64,000 nt of DNA from the NCBI GenBank assembly GCA_044229975.1, contig JBGARZ010000001.1, forward strand, positions 896,001-960,000, given 5' to 3'. The position numbers and the translations under genes were made by a program. This document shows positions 43,319-55,186 of the stretch, one piece after another (position 1 is the stretch's first letter; each line of letters begins with the position of its first letter). Source of the stretch: Polyangiales bacterium (GTDB lineage: Bacteria > Myxococcota_A > Polyangia > Polyangiales > Ga0077539). The notes beneath the pieces are model-generated. The model worked only from the letters and a program-made list of their open reading frames with translations, was not told the DNA's origin and searched no databases.

Positions 43319-43710
43319 GCGAACACCCCACGCAGCGCAGCGAGCGCGACACGACCGAGGGCCCGCAGCTCACGACGACGCGGCCACCGAAGCGAGAGCG
43401 GTCGTTGCTCGACCACGGCCGCGCGACCGAGCACGTCGCCCCAGGACACGGCACCGTCATCGCGCGACAGGGCATCACCGCGGCAGGTCGGCCCCGCGGG
43501 CCCCAGGGAGGCGACCCGATGCACCACGAGGGCGCCTCCGCGGGAGTAGGCGATGACCTCGCCGACGCGGACGGCGCGCGGGTCGCACGGGGTCACCAGC
43601 ACGCTCGCCCCGTCGCGGACGGTCGGCCACATGCTCGCGCCGCGAACGACCCAACGGGTGGGGCGGCCTTCGCGGAGAGAGTCGACGATCACGCGTTCGG
43701 CGAGGCCCAT
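43315..43710 (-). CDS. S24/S26-family serine peptidase
   Basis: VRGASMWPTVRDG, GEVIAY, LVVHRV, RGDA...D, VLGR; no TM anchor apparent. Confidence 0.85.
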   Translation of the reverse strand: MGLAERVIVDSLREGRPTRWVVRGASMWPTVRDGASVLVTPCDPRAVRVGEVIAYSRGGALVVHRVASLGPAGPTCRGDALSRDDGAVSWGDVLGRAAVVEQRPLSLRWPRRRELRALGRVALAALRGVFA

Positions 43711-43748
43711 CGTTGGTGCCGCTACGTTGCCAGCCTGAGGCCCGCGGT

Positions 43749-44633
43749 TCAACGCCAGTGACGGCAGACGGGCTTGAAGACACACGCCGTGCAGTCACCA
43801 GCGACGGGCTTGTCGGGGCACGGGCCGTCGATGCCCTTGTGGCAGAGCGTGAAGTCGTACTGCACCGGGTCGTCGGGGTTGAGGCGACGGAGGCTCGCGG
43901 TGATCTCCAGGGCGGTGCGCCACGAGGCGTCGGTGCGCGTCGTGAGCCCGAGGTTGTGCGCGATGCGCCCGATGTGAACGTCGACCGGGATGATGAGCGC
44001 CGACGCCGGGATCACCTCCGTGAGCCCAAGGTCGACCCCGGAGCGTCGAACCACCCAGCGCAGAAACAGCATGAGGCGTTTCGACGCGCTCGACCCGACG
44101 GGGTCGGGCAGGAGGTGCTTCTGGGTGCGGTCGGGTCCGTTGGGCCACGCGATGGCGCGCAGCGAAGCGACCCACTGCCCGAGGGCCGCACTCAGGTCGG
44201 GGCGGGATGACTCCCAGGCGCGTTCGAGAGGGGCGAGCACCCTGCCCTCGGCGCGGTACTGCTGCCCGATCGCGACGAGCAGGTCGGCGATGTCGGCGCC
44301 GCGAAAGGTGCGGTGCACGAAGCCCGCGAGGCGCGCTCGCAGCTCGTCCCGAGACGCTCCCGCAACGACCGCGATGGGCGACCGACTCGTCGATACGGTG
44401 AGCAGCGTGAGCAGCTCTTCGAGCTTGTCGATGATGGTGTCGACGCGGCCGAAGGCCATCAGCGCCGAGAGCAGCGCGACCAGCGCCCGATCGTCAGGGT
44501 CAGCGTAGCGGTGCGGGAACTTCAGCGGGTCGCGGTCGAGCGCCCGCTGGTGATCGAAGCTCCGGTGGTGCTCTCCGACGGCGCGCAACACGTCGTCCAT
44601 CGGAGCGGGCTTGCGAGCACGGGCCCTGGCCAT
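43749..44633 (-). CDS. TIGR02757/DUF2400-family protein (HhH-GPD-like)
   Basis: DPLKFPHRY, ALMAFGR, SASKRLMLFLRWVVR, VDLG, IPVDVH, DPVQYDF, C-terminal Cys cluster. Confidence 0.88.
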   Translation of the reverse strand: MARARARKPAPMDDVLRAVGEHHRSFDHQRALDRDPLKFPHRYADPDDRALVALLSALMAFGRVDTIIDKLEELLTLLTVSTSRSPIAVVAGASRDELRARLAGFVHRTFRGADIADLLVAIGQQYRAEGRVLAPLERAWESSRPDLSAALGQWVASLRAIAWPNGPDRTQKHLLPDPVGSSASKRLMLFLRWVVRRSGVDLGLTEVIPASALIIPVDVHIGRIAHNLGLTTRTDASWRTALEITASLRRLNPDDPVQYDFTLCHKGIDGPCPDKPVAGDCTACVFKPVCRHWR

Positions 44634-44711
44634 GGCGCGGGGATACCACGGCCGCGCGCACCGTGTTTCGAGGTGTCGCCGCGGGGGCGGTTGGCGATAG
44701 TGTCCCGCGCC

Positions 44712-46025
44712 GTGTCGAGAGCGAAGCTGGCCGCGTGGATGCTGACGACGTGGGCGCTGACGACGTCGGCGCTGCAAGGCACAGCGTGGGCCCTCGACCC
44801 GCTCGCCAAGGGCCCGTGGTTGATGGACCTCCGCACCGACAGCGTCGTGGTGATGGCCGAGCGGCGGAGCACCGGGAGGCTGGCGGTGACGGCGGTTCCG
44901 CAGGGGCCTGGTGGCGACCTCGCGACGGGGTCGGTGACGGCGCGCGCCGGGGTCGATGCGCTGCTCCATGAGCTCACCCTCTCGGGGCTTCAGCCTGGCA
45001 CCCGCTACCGCTACGAGGTGTCGGCCCCCGACGTCGAGCCCGTCGGCGGGACCTTCGGCACCGCGCCGACGACCCCAGGGCCCTTTCGCTTCATCATCTA
45101 CGGCGACACGCGCAGCCACGCTCGGCCGCACGCCGCGGTGGTCGACGCCATCCGGCGCGAGGCCGGGGAGTTCGCGGTGCACACCGGCGACCTCGTCGAG
45201 GACGGTCGCGACGAGGACGACTGGCAACGCTTCTTCGACATCGAAGCACCGCTGTTGCGATCAACGCCCTTCGTCCCTGTGATCGGCAACCACGAGATCG
45301 CGGTGCAGTTCTCCAGCGGCATCGACAACTACCGCCGCTACGTCCACGTCGCGCCGGGCGGGCCGAGCGCCGAGCTCGACTCGGTGTTTCGCTACGGCAA
45401 CACCCGCTTCGTGCTGGCCAACTCGTACGACGACTGGTCGGGCGCCGCGCGCGACTGGCTCGACCGGGAGCTCTCGCGCGCCCGCAGTGAAGGGCCCGAC
45501 GACTGGCTCTTCGTCGTCATGCACTGGGGCGCCCGCTCGTCGGGTCCTCACGGCGACAACCGCCTCGTCGAGCGCGCGGGCGTCGACACCATCCTGCGGC
45601 GCCACCGGGTCGACCTGCTCATCTCCGGGCACGACCACGCCTACGAGCGCGGTGACGATCGGGGGCTGCGCTTCATGGTGAGCGGCGGCGGCGGCGCGCC
45701 TCTCTACGAGCGCGAACAGGTGCGGGCGATGACCCGGGTGTTTGCGTCCGAGCACCACTACGTGCGCGCCGAGGTCGAGCGCGAGCGCATCGTCTTCACC
45801 ACGCTGCGTCCCGACGGCACCGCCCTCGACCGGGCCACCCTCCACCACGGCGGGTGGACCGACATGAACGCCGTCGAGCCTGAGCAACCGAGGCCGCGAC
45901 CGCCCGCAGCCCCGCCCGAACCACCGACGCCGCCCGAAGACTGGACCTGGCTCTGGAAGGTCGTCCCGGCGCTCGCGGCGGTCGGAGGCGGCGCGTGGTG
46001 GCTGCGCCGACGTTCGCGAGGCTGA
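44712..46025 (+). CDS. Purple-acid-phosphatase-like metallophosphoesterase with C-terminal membrane anchor
   Basis: [34 protein letters not shown]; Pro linker, TM and RRRSRG tail. Start approximate. Confidence 0.88.
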   Translation: MSRAKLAAWMLTTWALTTSALQGTAWALDPLAKGPWLMDLRTDSVVVMAERRSTGRLAVTAVPQGPGGDLATGSVTARAGVDALLHELTLSGLQPGTRYRYEVSAPDVEPVGGTFGTAPTTPGPFRFIIYGDTRSHARPHAAVVDAIRREAGEFAVHTGDLVEDGRDEDDWQRFFDIEAPLLRSTPFVPVIGNHEIAVQFSSGIDNYRRYVHVAPGGPSAELDSVFRYGNTRFVLANSYDDWSGAARDWLDRELSRARSEGPDDWLFVVMHWGARSSGPHGDNRLVERAGVDTILRRHRVDLLISGHDHAYERGDDRGLRFMVSGGGGAPLYEREQVRAMTRVFASEHHYVRAEVERERIVFTTLRPDGTALDRATLHHGGWTDMNAVEPEQPRPRPPAAPPEPPTPPEDWTWLWKVVPALAAVGGGAWWLRRRSRG

Positions 46026-46065
46026 GGGCTGTATCCAGATGCCGCCTCGCGACGTAGACGGCGGC

Positions 46066-46620
46066 ATGAACCGACGTCACTGGCTTCAAGGGATTTTCGG
46101 GATGGCCGCGACGGCGGCGTGTTCGCGCGCGGGGGCGTGGGTGCCGGGGCGCGCATCGTCACTGCCCGAGGCTTCGGTGATTCCGAGCCGCGCGGCCAAC
46201 GGGGACGCGGGCGTCGACCCCCCGGTGGGCGAGCGCGTCACGCTGGCCGATGCGGAGTGGCGACGGCGCCTCGGCAGCGAGCGCTACCACGTCATGCGCG
46301 AGGAGGGCACCGAGCGCGCCTTCTCGGGTGCGTACTGGGACCACCACGCCGCGGGCACCTACCGCTGCGCGGGCTGCGGGGCGCCGCTCTTCCGCTCGAC
46401 GGACAAGTTCGAGTCGGGCACCGGGTGGCCAAGCTTCACGCGGCCCGCCCAGGACGGCCGGGTCGACGAGCGCGTCGATGCGTCCATGGGGATGACGCGC
46501 ACGGAGGTCCACTGCGCGCGCTGCGGCGGGCACCTGGGTCACGTCTTCGACGACGGCCCCGCCCCGACGGGGATGCGGTACTGCATCAACTCGGTGTCGA
46601 TCACCTTCCAGGGGCGGTAG
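46066..46620 (+). CDS. msrB: Peptide-methionine (R)-S-oxide reductase with Tat-like signal
   Basis: [49 protein letters not shown]-terminal NRRHWL. Confidence 0.95.
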   Translation: MNRRHWLQGIFGMAATAACSRAGAWVPGRASSLPEASVIPSRAANGDAGVDPPVGERVTLADAEWRRRLGSERYHVMREEGTERAFSGAYWDHHAAGTYRCAGCGAPLFRSTDKFESGTGWPSFTRPAQDGRVDERVDASMGMTRTEVHCARCGGHLGHVFDDGPAPTGMRYCINSVSITFQGR

Positions 46621-47710
46621 CGTCCCCGGTCCCGGGCAGCGGGCACGCGTAGCGCTGGAGCACCGTCCGCGGCGACGTGTGCGACGTGTCGCGCGAGAGC
46701 AGCAGGACGGTCGACGGCGCCTCCACCACGAAGGTGGCCGGTCCCGGCAGGTGACTGCGCACCGCGATGAGCACCGACGCGCTGCCATCGGGCAGGAGCC
46801 GCGCGAGGAGGGTCTGTCGGCCGTTGGTCGGGGCGCTGACGAGCGCGAGCACGACCTCGTCGTCGAAGGCGAGCGCATCGAGGTGGGCGCGCGGCGCGAC
46901 GGCCGGGTCGGCGAGGGCCGTGGGCGCGGCGACGGCGGGGCTGCGGAGGAGCATCGGGTTGCCCTGCGGGTTGATCTGCGCGGCGAGCACCGCGCCGCCG
47001 AGGCGCACCGGGCCCAGCGCGCCGATGGGCCAGCGGGAGCGCGCGACCTCTGATCCGTCGGCGCGGAGCGTGAGCACCCACGGGTCCACCGCGGGGTCGT
47101 CGGGGTCGACGCGCAGGGTCGCGGTGCCGGTCCCGTCGAAGCGCAGCGCGCGCACCGCCGGCTGATCGAGCGCCACCCTCGATGGGCCGTGCGGAACCGA
47201 GTGGGCGTTGAGGGCCATCACCCGGACCTCCGTCGGGTGCGACCACGCGAGCAGCGCGCCCGTAGGCGTGACCGACGTGACGGCGAGCGCCGACACCGGG
47301 GCAGCGAGGTGCTCGACGACGCGCGGGACGTTCTGCGCGGCGAAGGCGTTGGAGAGGCGGGCGACGACGAGGTCATGCTCGCGCTCGACGTAGGCGATCG
47401 CGAGGCCCGTCGGGGTGCGCCCGAGGGCGAAGGCCCCGACGGCCTCACCGAGCACGCGAGGCGATTCGAGGAAGCGCAGGTCGGGTGCGAAGCGCTGAAC
47501 GCGGAGGGTTCCTGCGCGGCTGCGCCAGGCGACCACGGTGACGTCGCCGATCGCGAGCAGGGCGGGCGGCGCGCGCGGGTCGATGTCGTCGTCGGCGGTG
47601 ATCGCGGCGTGGGCGGTGATGGCGCAGCGAGGATGTGCGGGTGGACGGAGCTGCGCGCCGAGCGGCGCCGCGCAGGTGAGGGCGATGGCGAAGGCGAGGG
47701 CCCGTCGCAT
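46601..47710 (-). CDS. Secreted hypothetical protein
   Basis: Signal peptide [24 protein letters not shown] coupling with the upstream gene. Confidence 0.6.
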   Translation of the reverse strand: MRRALAFAIALTCAAPLGAQLRPPAHPRCAITAHAAITADDDIDPRAPPALLAIGDVTVVAWRSRAGTLRVQRFAPDLRFLESPRVLGEAVGAFALGRTPTGLAIAYVEREHDLVVARLSNAFAAQNVPRVVEHLAAPVSALAVTSVTPTGALLAWSHPTEVRVMALNAHSVPHGPSRVALDQPAVRALRFDGTGTATLRVDPDDPAVDPWVLTLRADGSEVARSRWPIGALGPVRLGGAVLAAQINPQGNPMLLRSPAVAAPTALADPAVAPRAHLDALAFDDEVVLALVSAPTNGRQTLLARLLPDGSASVLIAVRSHLPGPATFVVEAPSTVLLLSRDTSHTSPRTVLQRYACPLPGTGDATAPGR

Positions 47711-48675
47711 CACCGGAGGGACGCGCGGTACCGGCGGCCCTGGCCGACGACGGTGGTGGTGAGCGGCCAGTTGCCAACGCGGGTGACGTTGACGTTGTAC
47801 GGGAGCACCGAGAGCAGCGCCTGACCGGGCGCGATCGGCGGGAGCTCGGCGAGGGCGCGCGCGGGGATGACGGCCCGCCCGGCGTTGCCGTAGCCCTGCA
47901 CGCTCGCACGGTAGCTGCGCGACTCGCCCGAGCTGTCGTCGTTGAGCGAGAGCACCACCCAGACCTCCCGCGCGGCGTTGGGCACCCACTCGATGACGAA
48001 GTCGCGGTCACGCGCGATGACGACGTCGGGGTCGGAGCCAGGCGACAGCACCACGAGCGCAGGCGGCACTTCGAGCGTGAGGTCGATGGCGGGCACGTCG
48101 CGCGTGCCGGGCGCCGTCACCCGCACGGTGCGCGGACCAGGAAACTGCGGCTGGTTGTTGAAGTACGGGCTGTACTGCCCGCTGCCCTGGAGGCGCAGCG
48201 TGACGGGCGCGAGGCCGCCGTTGATGGAGAGAATCCCGGCGTTGGGGAAGGTGCGCGGGTGCGGGTCGACGGGGCCGGCGCCGTCATTGCTGCACACGAT
48301 AAAGTCCCAGCTCCCGGCCGAGCGCTGGGAGCAGCGGAGGTCATCGGGATAGGGCACGTAGCGGAACGTCGCGCTCGCGTAGGTGCTGTCGTTGAGGTCG
48401 CCGGAGTTGCTGCCGACGTAGAGGGTTCCGTAGCGCTGGTCGAAGACGGTGGCGTCAGCGAAGGGCGAGGCTCCGGCGTCGGCGAGGCCCGCGTCGGGGG
48501 AGATGACGCCGGCCTCGACGGGACGGAAGGGGTCGAGCCCGTCGGGGTTGAAGCCGGGCGGAACGTCTTGCGCGAGGCCAGAGTCGGGCCCGGTGGCGGA
48601 GGTTCCGTCGACGGTAGCGGCGCAGGCGACGAGGTGCAGTGAGAAGCCAAGCAGCGCGACGACAGGAGGGCGCAT
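47710..48675 (-). CDS. Hypothetical lipoprotein
   Basis: LVAC lipobox, DAG-type linker, beta-rich body. Confidence 0.7.
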   Translation of the reverse strand: MRPPVVALLGFSLHLVACAATVDGTSATGPDSGLAQDVPPGFNPDGLDPFRPVEAGVISPDAGLADAGASPFADATVFDQRYGTLYVGSNSGDLNDSTYASATFRYVPYPDDLRCSQRSAGSWDFIVCSNDGAGPVDPHPRTFPNAGILSINGGLAPVTLRLQGSGQYSPYFNNQPQFPGPRTVRVTAPGTRDVPAIDLTLEVPPALVVLSPGSDPDVVIARDRDFVIEWVPNAAREVWVVLSLNDDSSGESRSYRASVQGYGNAGRAVIPARALAELPPIAPGQALLSVLPYNVNVTRVGNWPLTTTVVGQGRRYRASLR

Positions 48676-48732
48676 GAGGCGGGAGTCTGGGTGAAGCGCC
48701 GCGCCGTGGTCAATCGGGCGCGCGGGCCGTGA

Positions 48733-49869
48733 TCAGAGGTCCTTGGTGTACATGCGGTAGCGCTTGTAGATCTTCGCGCCCATGGCGGCGATGCCGCTGT
48801 TGATGGGCGAGTCGTCCTCGCGGGTCCACGACAGCTCGCCCCACTGGTAGCCCTTCTTGGCGCCGCGGTCGGCGACCTCGGCGTACATCGCGGCCGAAAG
48901 CGGCATGTACTTACGGACGCCCCGGAGTTCTTTGCGGATGCCGAGGAGCATGAGGCGCGCGGACTTCGGCCGCGTCCACTTGAGGCGGTAGAACGCCTTC
49001 AAGATGCCGAAGGGGAATTCCTTGCCGCCGATGTCGCGGATGCACTCGTTCATGTTTGGCAGCAGGATGCACATCCCCATCGGCTTGCCATCGACCTCCG
49101 CGATGAACGCGAGGTCGGGGTCGATGATGAGCTTCAGGTCATCGGCCATCTTGTCGAGCTCGTCGGGCAGCGCCGGGACGAAGCCCCACTTGCCCTCCCA
49201 GGCGTCGTTGTAGATGTCCATGATGATCTTGATCTCGTCGCGCATCTTCGACGTGTCGACCGACCGCAGCTTGAGCTCGGGGATGGCCTTCATGTCCTGC
49301 CACGCCTTCTCCACCCGCTTCGGAAGCGTCCCCACGTCATAGCGCCACGCATAGAGGTCCTTCTCCTTGGTGAGACCCCACGCCTCGGTGACGCGCCCCT
49401 GCCACGTCCGCGAGTGCGCCATCAAGAGCTGCGGCGGCGAGTCGAAGCCCTCCACCAGCGTGCCGATCTCCTCGTTGGCGTAGAGCCCGAACGGCCCGCT
49501 CATGCGGGTCATGCCCTTCGCCTTCAACCACTCCGCCGCGCGGGACAGCAGCGCCGCCCCCACCGCGTCGTCGTCGATGGTGTCGAAGAGGCCGTAGAAG
49601 CCGGTCTTCTCCTTCCAGACCTTGTTGTGCTCGTGGTCGATGGAGGCCGTGATGCGACCCACCAGCTTGCCGTCGCGCTTGGCCACGAAATACACGGCCT
49701 CGCCGCGCTTGAAGAAGGGGTTCTTCTTCGGGTCGAGGCGCGGCTTGATGTCGAAGAACTCCAGCGGCGGGACGAAGTGGGGGTCGCCCTTGAACACCTC
49801 GTGTGCCGCGTCGATGAACTCGCGGGGATCGCTCCCCGCCGCAATCTCCCGGATCTCGATCTCACCCAT
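48733..49869 (-). CDS. YghO-like GNAT-fold N-acetyltransferase
   Basis: KNPFF, VGRITA, GFYGLFD, GPF, LVEGFD, IYNDAW..KWGFVP, ELSWTREDD. Confidence 0.8.
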   Translation of the reverse strand: MGEIEIREIAAGSDPREFIDAAHEVFKGDPHFVPPLEFFDIKPRLDPKKNPFFKRGEAVYFVAKRDGKLVGRITASIDHEHNKVWKEKTGFYGLFDTIDDDAVGAALLSRAAEWLKAKGMTRMSGPFGLYANEEIGTLVEGFDSPPQLLMAHSRTWQGRVTEAWGLTKEKDLYAWRYDVGTLPKRVEKAWQDMKAIPELKLRSVDTSKMRDEIKIIMDIYNDAWEGKWGFVPALPDELDKMADDLKLIIDPDLAFIAEVDGKPMGMCILLPNMNECIRDIGGKEFPFGILKAFYRLKWTRPKSARLMLLGIRKELRGVRKYMPLSAAMYAEVADRGAKKGYQWGELSWTREDDSPINSGIAAMGAKIYKRYRMYTKDL

Positions 49870-50006
49870 AGGGGCAGCGCTTGTATCCCCATCGGCGCTC
49901 CGACTCAAAGGTCGCTCGCGACGCATTCCCGCAATCGACGGTTGCCAACGCCCGCGCGATCGGGTTAGGACGCCGTCCGTCCGAGGGAGAGATCCTGAAG
50001 ATCACA

Positions 50007-50089
50007 TGGCCCGGCTGACCGATGGCTCGTGAACCCCGCCAGGTCGGAAACGAAGCAACGGTAGCGTAGATCGCGGTGCAGCCGGGCCA
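50007..50089 (+). ncRNA. ffs: Signal recognition particle RNA (4.5S)
   Basis: Domain IV GAACCCCGCCAGGTCG-GAAA-CGAAGCAACGGTAG; closing stem tggcccggctg/cagccgggcca. Confidence 0.92.
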
Positions 50090-50203
50090 CCCTCTCCTTC
50101 CAGCCGTCTCAGTCCCTCCACCCGGGACGACGGAGAAGGGAGACGGCCCGTGGCGGCAAGTCCGCCGTCCCCAACGACCTCAGCTCGTGCACAATGCGCG
50201 CGC

Positions 50204-50686
50204 ATGAGCGACCGGACCGTGGTCACCCTCAAGGAGACCGTTCACGTCGAGTACTGCACCGCGCGCGGTGTGGTCTCCCGCGGCGAGCTCTTCCTCCGAC
50301 CGCTCGACGCCAACACGCGCGGCGAGCGACTCATGGACGTGCTCTCCGAGCGAACGTTCATCCCGCTGCGCTCTGCAGAGGGCTTGGTGTTCCTGGCGAC
50401 GAAGCACCTCGCGTGGGTGCGCCTCGACCTCTTCGCCGCGCTCGACGAGCTCGACCCCGAGGCCGAGGACGACGTCGACTCGGTGGTCGCCCGCGTGGTG
50501 GTCGAGCTCGCGCAGGGCGCGGCCCTCGAAGGCACGCTCCGCTTCGCGCTGCCCGCCATGACCCGGCGACTCGGCGACTACCTGGAGCGCGTCTCGCCCT
50601 TCTTCCCGCTGCGCACCGACGACTGGATCTACCTCGTGAGCGCCGCGCAGGTGGCGTCAATCACCCCGCTCTCGGAGGGGCGCTGA
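50204..50686 (+). CDS. Hypothetical protein with two similar small beta-domains, upstream of pilT
   Basis: Two units (GELFL...ERLMDVL..RTFIPL and GTLRF...RRLGDYL...PFFPL); 1 nt before pilT. Confidence 0.65.
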   Translation: MSDRTVVTLKETVHVEYCTARGVVSRGELFLRPLDANTRGERLMDVLSERTFIPLRSAEGLVFLATKHLAWVRLDLFAALDELDPEAEDDVDSVVARVVVELAQGAALEGTLRFALPAMTRRLGDYLERVSPFFPLRTDDWIYLVSAAQVASITPLSEGR

Positions 50687-50687
50687 C

Positions 50688-52217
50688 ATGGTCCGTCACA
50701 TCGACCGCTTCATCGCCGCCATGCGCCGCGAAGACGCCGAGGAGCTGGTGTTTGCCTCGGGCGAACCCGTGCGCGTCCGCAACGGCGACCACGTCCGCGT
50801 GGTGCTCGCGCAGGCCGTGCGGTCCGATCAGATCCTGGCCATCACGGCGGAGTTCGCGCCGCCCGAGGTGACCGAGGGGCTCACCGCCGACGGCGAGGTG
50901 ACCTTCGACTTCGACGCGCTCGGCGGCCCCGTGGTCGCGCGCTGCTGCTGTCGCGATGGGCTACTGGAGGTTGTTCTCCGTGAGCAGCATCAGCTCGAAG
51001 AGCTGGAGGTGATGCCGTCGCTCCCGCCGCCGCCCGAAGACCTGCCCGACGACTCGCGCACCGATCAGCCGCCACCGGACGAGGACGAGTTCGCGGCGTC
51101 GCCGATGGAGCGCACGGTGCAGCTCGTCATCGACGGGCCGCGCATCGACGGCCTGCTGCGAACGCTCGCCGACCTGCGCGCCTCGGACCTCCACCTCACG
51201 GCCGGGATGCAGCCGCGCATCCGCCTCGACGGCGACATGCAGCTCCTGCCGGGCGCCGACGAGCAGGTGCTCACGGGCGACGCCATCCGCGCGCTGCTCA
51301 TGGAGATCGCGCCCGCCGACGCGCAGCAGCGCTTCGAGCAGACCAAGGACACCGACTTCGCCTACGAGATCACCGGCGTGGCGCGCTTCCGCGTGAACAT
51401 GTTCCGCGACCGGCGGGGCGTGAGCGGGGTGCTGCGGGTGATTCCGCCGCGCATCCAGAGCGCCGATGAGCTCGGGCTGCCCTCGGCGGTGCGCGACTTC
51501 TGCGGGCTCACCAAGGGGCTCGTGCTGGTGACGGGGCCGACCGGGTCGGGCAAGTCCACGACGCTCGCCGCGATGATCGACCTCATCAACCAGTCGCGGC
51601 CCGACCACATCATCACGATCGAAGACCCGGTGGAGTTCGTCCACGAGTCCAAGAGCTGCCTGGTCAACCAGCGCGAGGTGCACGCCGACACGCGCAGCTT
51701 CGCGTCGGCGCTGCGGGCCGCCCTGCGCGAAGACCCGGACATCGTGCTGGTGGGCGAGCTGCGCGACCTGGAGACGACGTCCATCGCCATCGAGACGGCG
51801 GAGACGGGTCACCTCGTCTTCGGAACGCTCCACACCAACACGGCCATCAGCACCATCGATCGCATCATCGATCAGTTTCCGGCCGATCGGCAGGGGCAGA
51901 TCAGGGCGATGCTGGCGGTGTCGCTGCGCGGGGTCATCGCGCAGACGCTGTGCAAGCGCGTGGGCGGCGGGCGCGTCGCGGCGATGGAGGTGCTGGTCTC
52001 GTCGCACGCGGTCGCCAACATCATCCGCGAGGCGAAGACCTACCAGCTCACCTCGCTCATGCAGACCCAGCGCGCGCAGGGCAACCAGACCATGAACGAC
52101 GCGCTCCTCAAGCTCGTCGTGGACGGCGTGGTGAGCCCGCAGGAGGCGCTGACCAAGGCCGTCGACCGACAGGCGCTGCGCGGCATGATCGAGCGGGAGA
52201 CGGCGCCCGCGACCTGA
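50688..52217 (+). CDS. pilT: Type IV pilus retraction ATPase with an extra N-terminal domain
   Basis: ASDLHL, GPTGSGKSTT, TIEDPVE, NQREV, ALREDPD, GELRD, AETGHLVFGTLH, AVANIIRE. Confidence 0.92.
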   Translation: MVRHIDRFIAAMRREDAEELVFASGEPVRVRNGDHVRVVLAQAVRSDQILAITAEFAPPEVTEGLTADGEVTFDFDALGGPVVARCCCRDGLLEVVLREQHQLEELEVMPSLPPPPEDLPDDSRTDQPPPDEDEFAASPMERTVQLVIDGPRIDGLLRTLADLRASDLHLTAGMQPRIRLDGDMQLLPGADEQVLTGDAIRALLMEIAPADAQQRFEQTKDTDFAYEITGVARFRVNMFRDRRGVSGVLRVIPPRIQSADELGLPSAVRDFCGLTKGLVLVTGPTGSGKSTTLAAMIDLINQSRPDHIITIEDPVEFVHESKSCLVNQREVHADTRSFASALRAALREDPDIVLVGELRDLETTSIAIETAETGHLVFGTLHTNTAISTIDRIIDQFPADRQGQIRAMLAVSLRGVIAQTLCKRVGGGRVAAMEVLVSSHAVANIIREAKTYQLTSLMQTQRAQGNQTMNDALLKLVVDGVVSPQEALTKAVDRQALRGMIERETAPAT

Positions 52218-52243
52218 GCGGCTTCGCTGTACCGTAGCGAGCG

Positions 52244-54116
<1,873 letters not shown>

Positions 54117-54127
<11 letters not shown>

Positions 54128-55136
54128 CCGCGACCTCGCCCTTCGAGACCGCGTCGACCCCGCCGCGCGCCTCGGCCCACGTCGCGAGCGAGCGCATCCC
54201 CTCCTCCACCGTCACCACCGGCGTCCACCCGAGCTCCTTGCGGGCGCGCTGCACGTTGAAGTACGCGCCCAGTCCGAGCCGCGACACCTCCGCCCGCCAG
54301 CACCCGGTGTCGCTGCCGGAGCGCTCGGCCCACCAGCCCAGCGCGTCGGCCGCCCAGTACGGCAGGCTCGACGCGACCACCTTCCCGCCGCCCGCCGCGG
54401 CCACCGCGCGCGTCACGAACTCCCGCGCCGTCACCCGCTCGTCGTCGGTCACGTAGTAGGTGCCCCACGCGCCCTTCTCCGTCGTCAGCGCACGCACCAT
54501 CGCGTCGACCACGCTCTCCACGTGGCTCGTCGGAACCATCGGCCGCCCCGCCTCGACCCACCGAAAGGTGCCCGCGCGCACGCGCCGCAGCACGTCCGGC
54601 AGCCACCGCGTGTCGTCGGCGCCCCACAGGATGCCCGGCCGGATGCACACCGTAGAGAAGCGCTCCGCGCCCGCCGCCATCACCAGCTCTTCGGCGAGCG
54701 CGAGCGCGTGGGCCGACGGGTCGCGGTACCGCTGCGGCGCCGGAAACTCCTCGTCGACGTAGCTCCGCGCGAGCGTTCCGCGCGTCACCGACTCGCTCGA
54801 CCGGAACACCAGCCGCCGCACCCCGAGCGACTCCGCCGCGCGCAGGACGTTCTCCGCGCCGACGAGGTTCACCGCCTCGGCCTCGGCGCGCGCGACCCGC
54901 GGGCCCACCTGGGCGCAGTGCACCACCGCCTCCATGCCGCGCACCGCCGCGCGCACCGCCGCGTCGTCGGTCACCGCCCCGATGCGCTCGACCACGCCCA
55001 GCGACCGCAGCCGCTCGCGCGCCCCGGGGTCGCCTGCCGCCCGCGTGAGCGCCGTCACCCGATGACCCTCGCGCACCAGCCGCGCGGCGAGATTTCGTCC
55101 CAAAAACCCCGTCGCGCCGGTGACCAGAATCTCCAC
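54117..55136 (-). CDS. NAD-dependent epimerase/dehydratase (extended SDR)
   Basis: ILVTGATGFLG, VVHCA, IRPGILWG, ELGWTP. Confidence 0.88.
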
Positions 55137-55186
55137 GCGCGGAGTGTGTACCAGCGCGCCGGTCGGACGAAGTATCTTCCGCGGCC

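Noticed and set aside
35230..43710. Classical lasso-peptide cluster (YxxP leader, RRE, kinase, nucleotidyltransferase)
   Set aside because: No Asn-synthetase-like cyclase or transglutaminase-like B2 protease in the window, and no Thr(-2) register in the peptide places Asp/Glu at core position 7-9.
43749..44633. TIGR02757 gene as part of the RiPP cluster
   Set aside because: Co-oriented and only 38 nt away, but it is a widespread HhH-GPD-like gene with no evident link to peptide modification; membership is unsupported.
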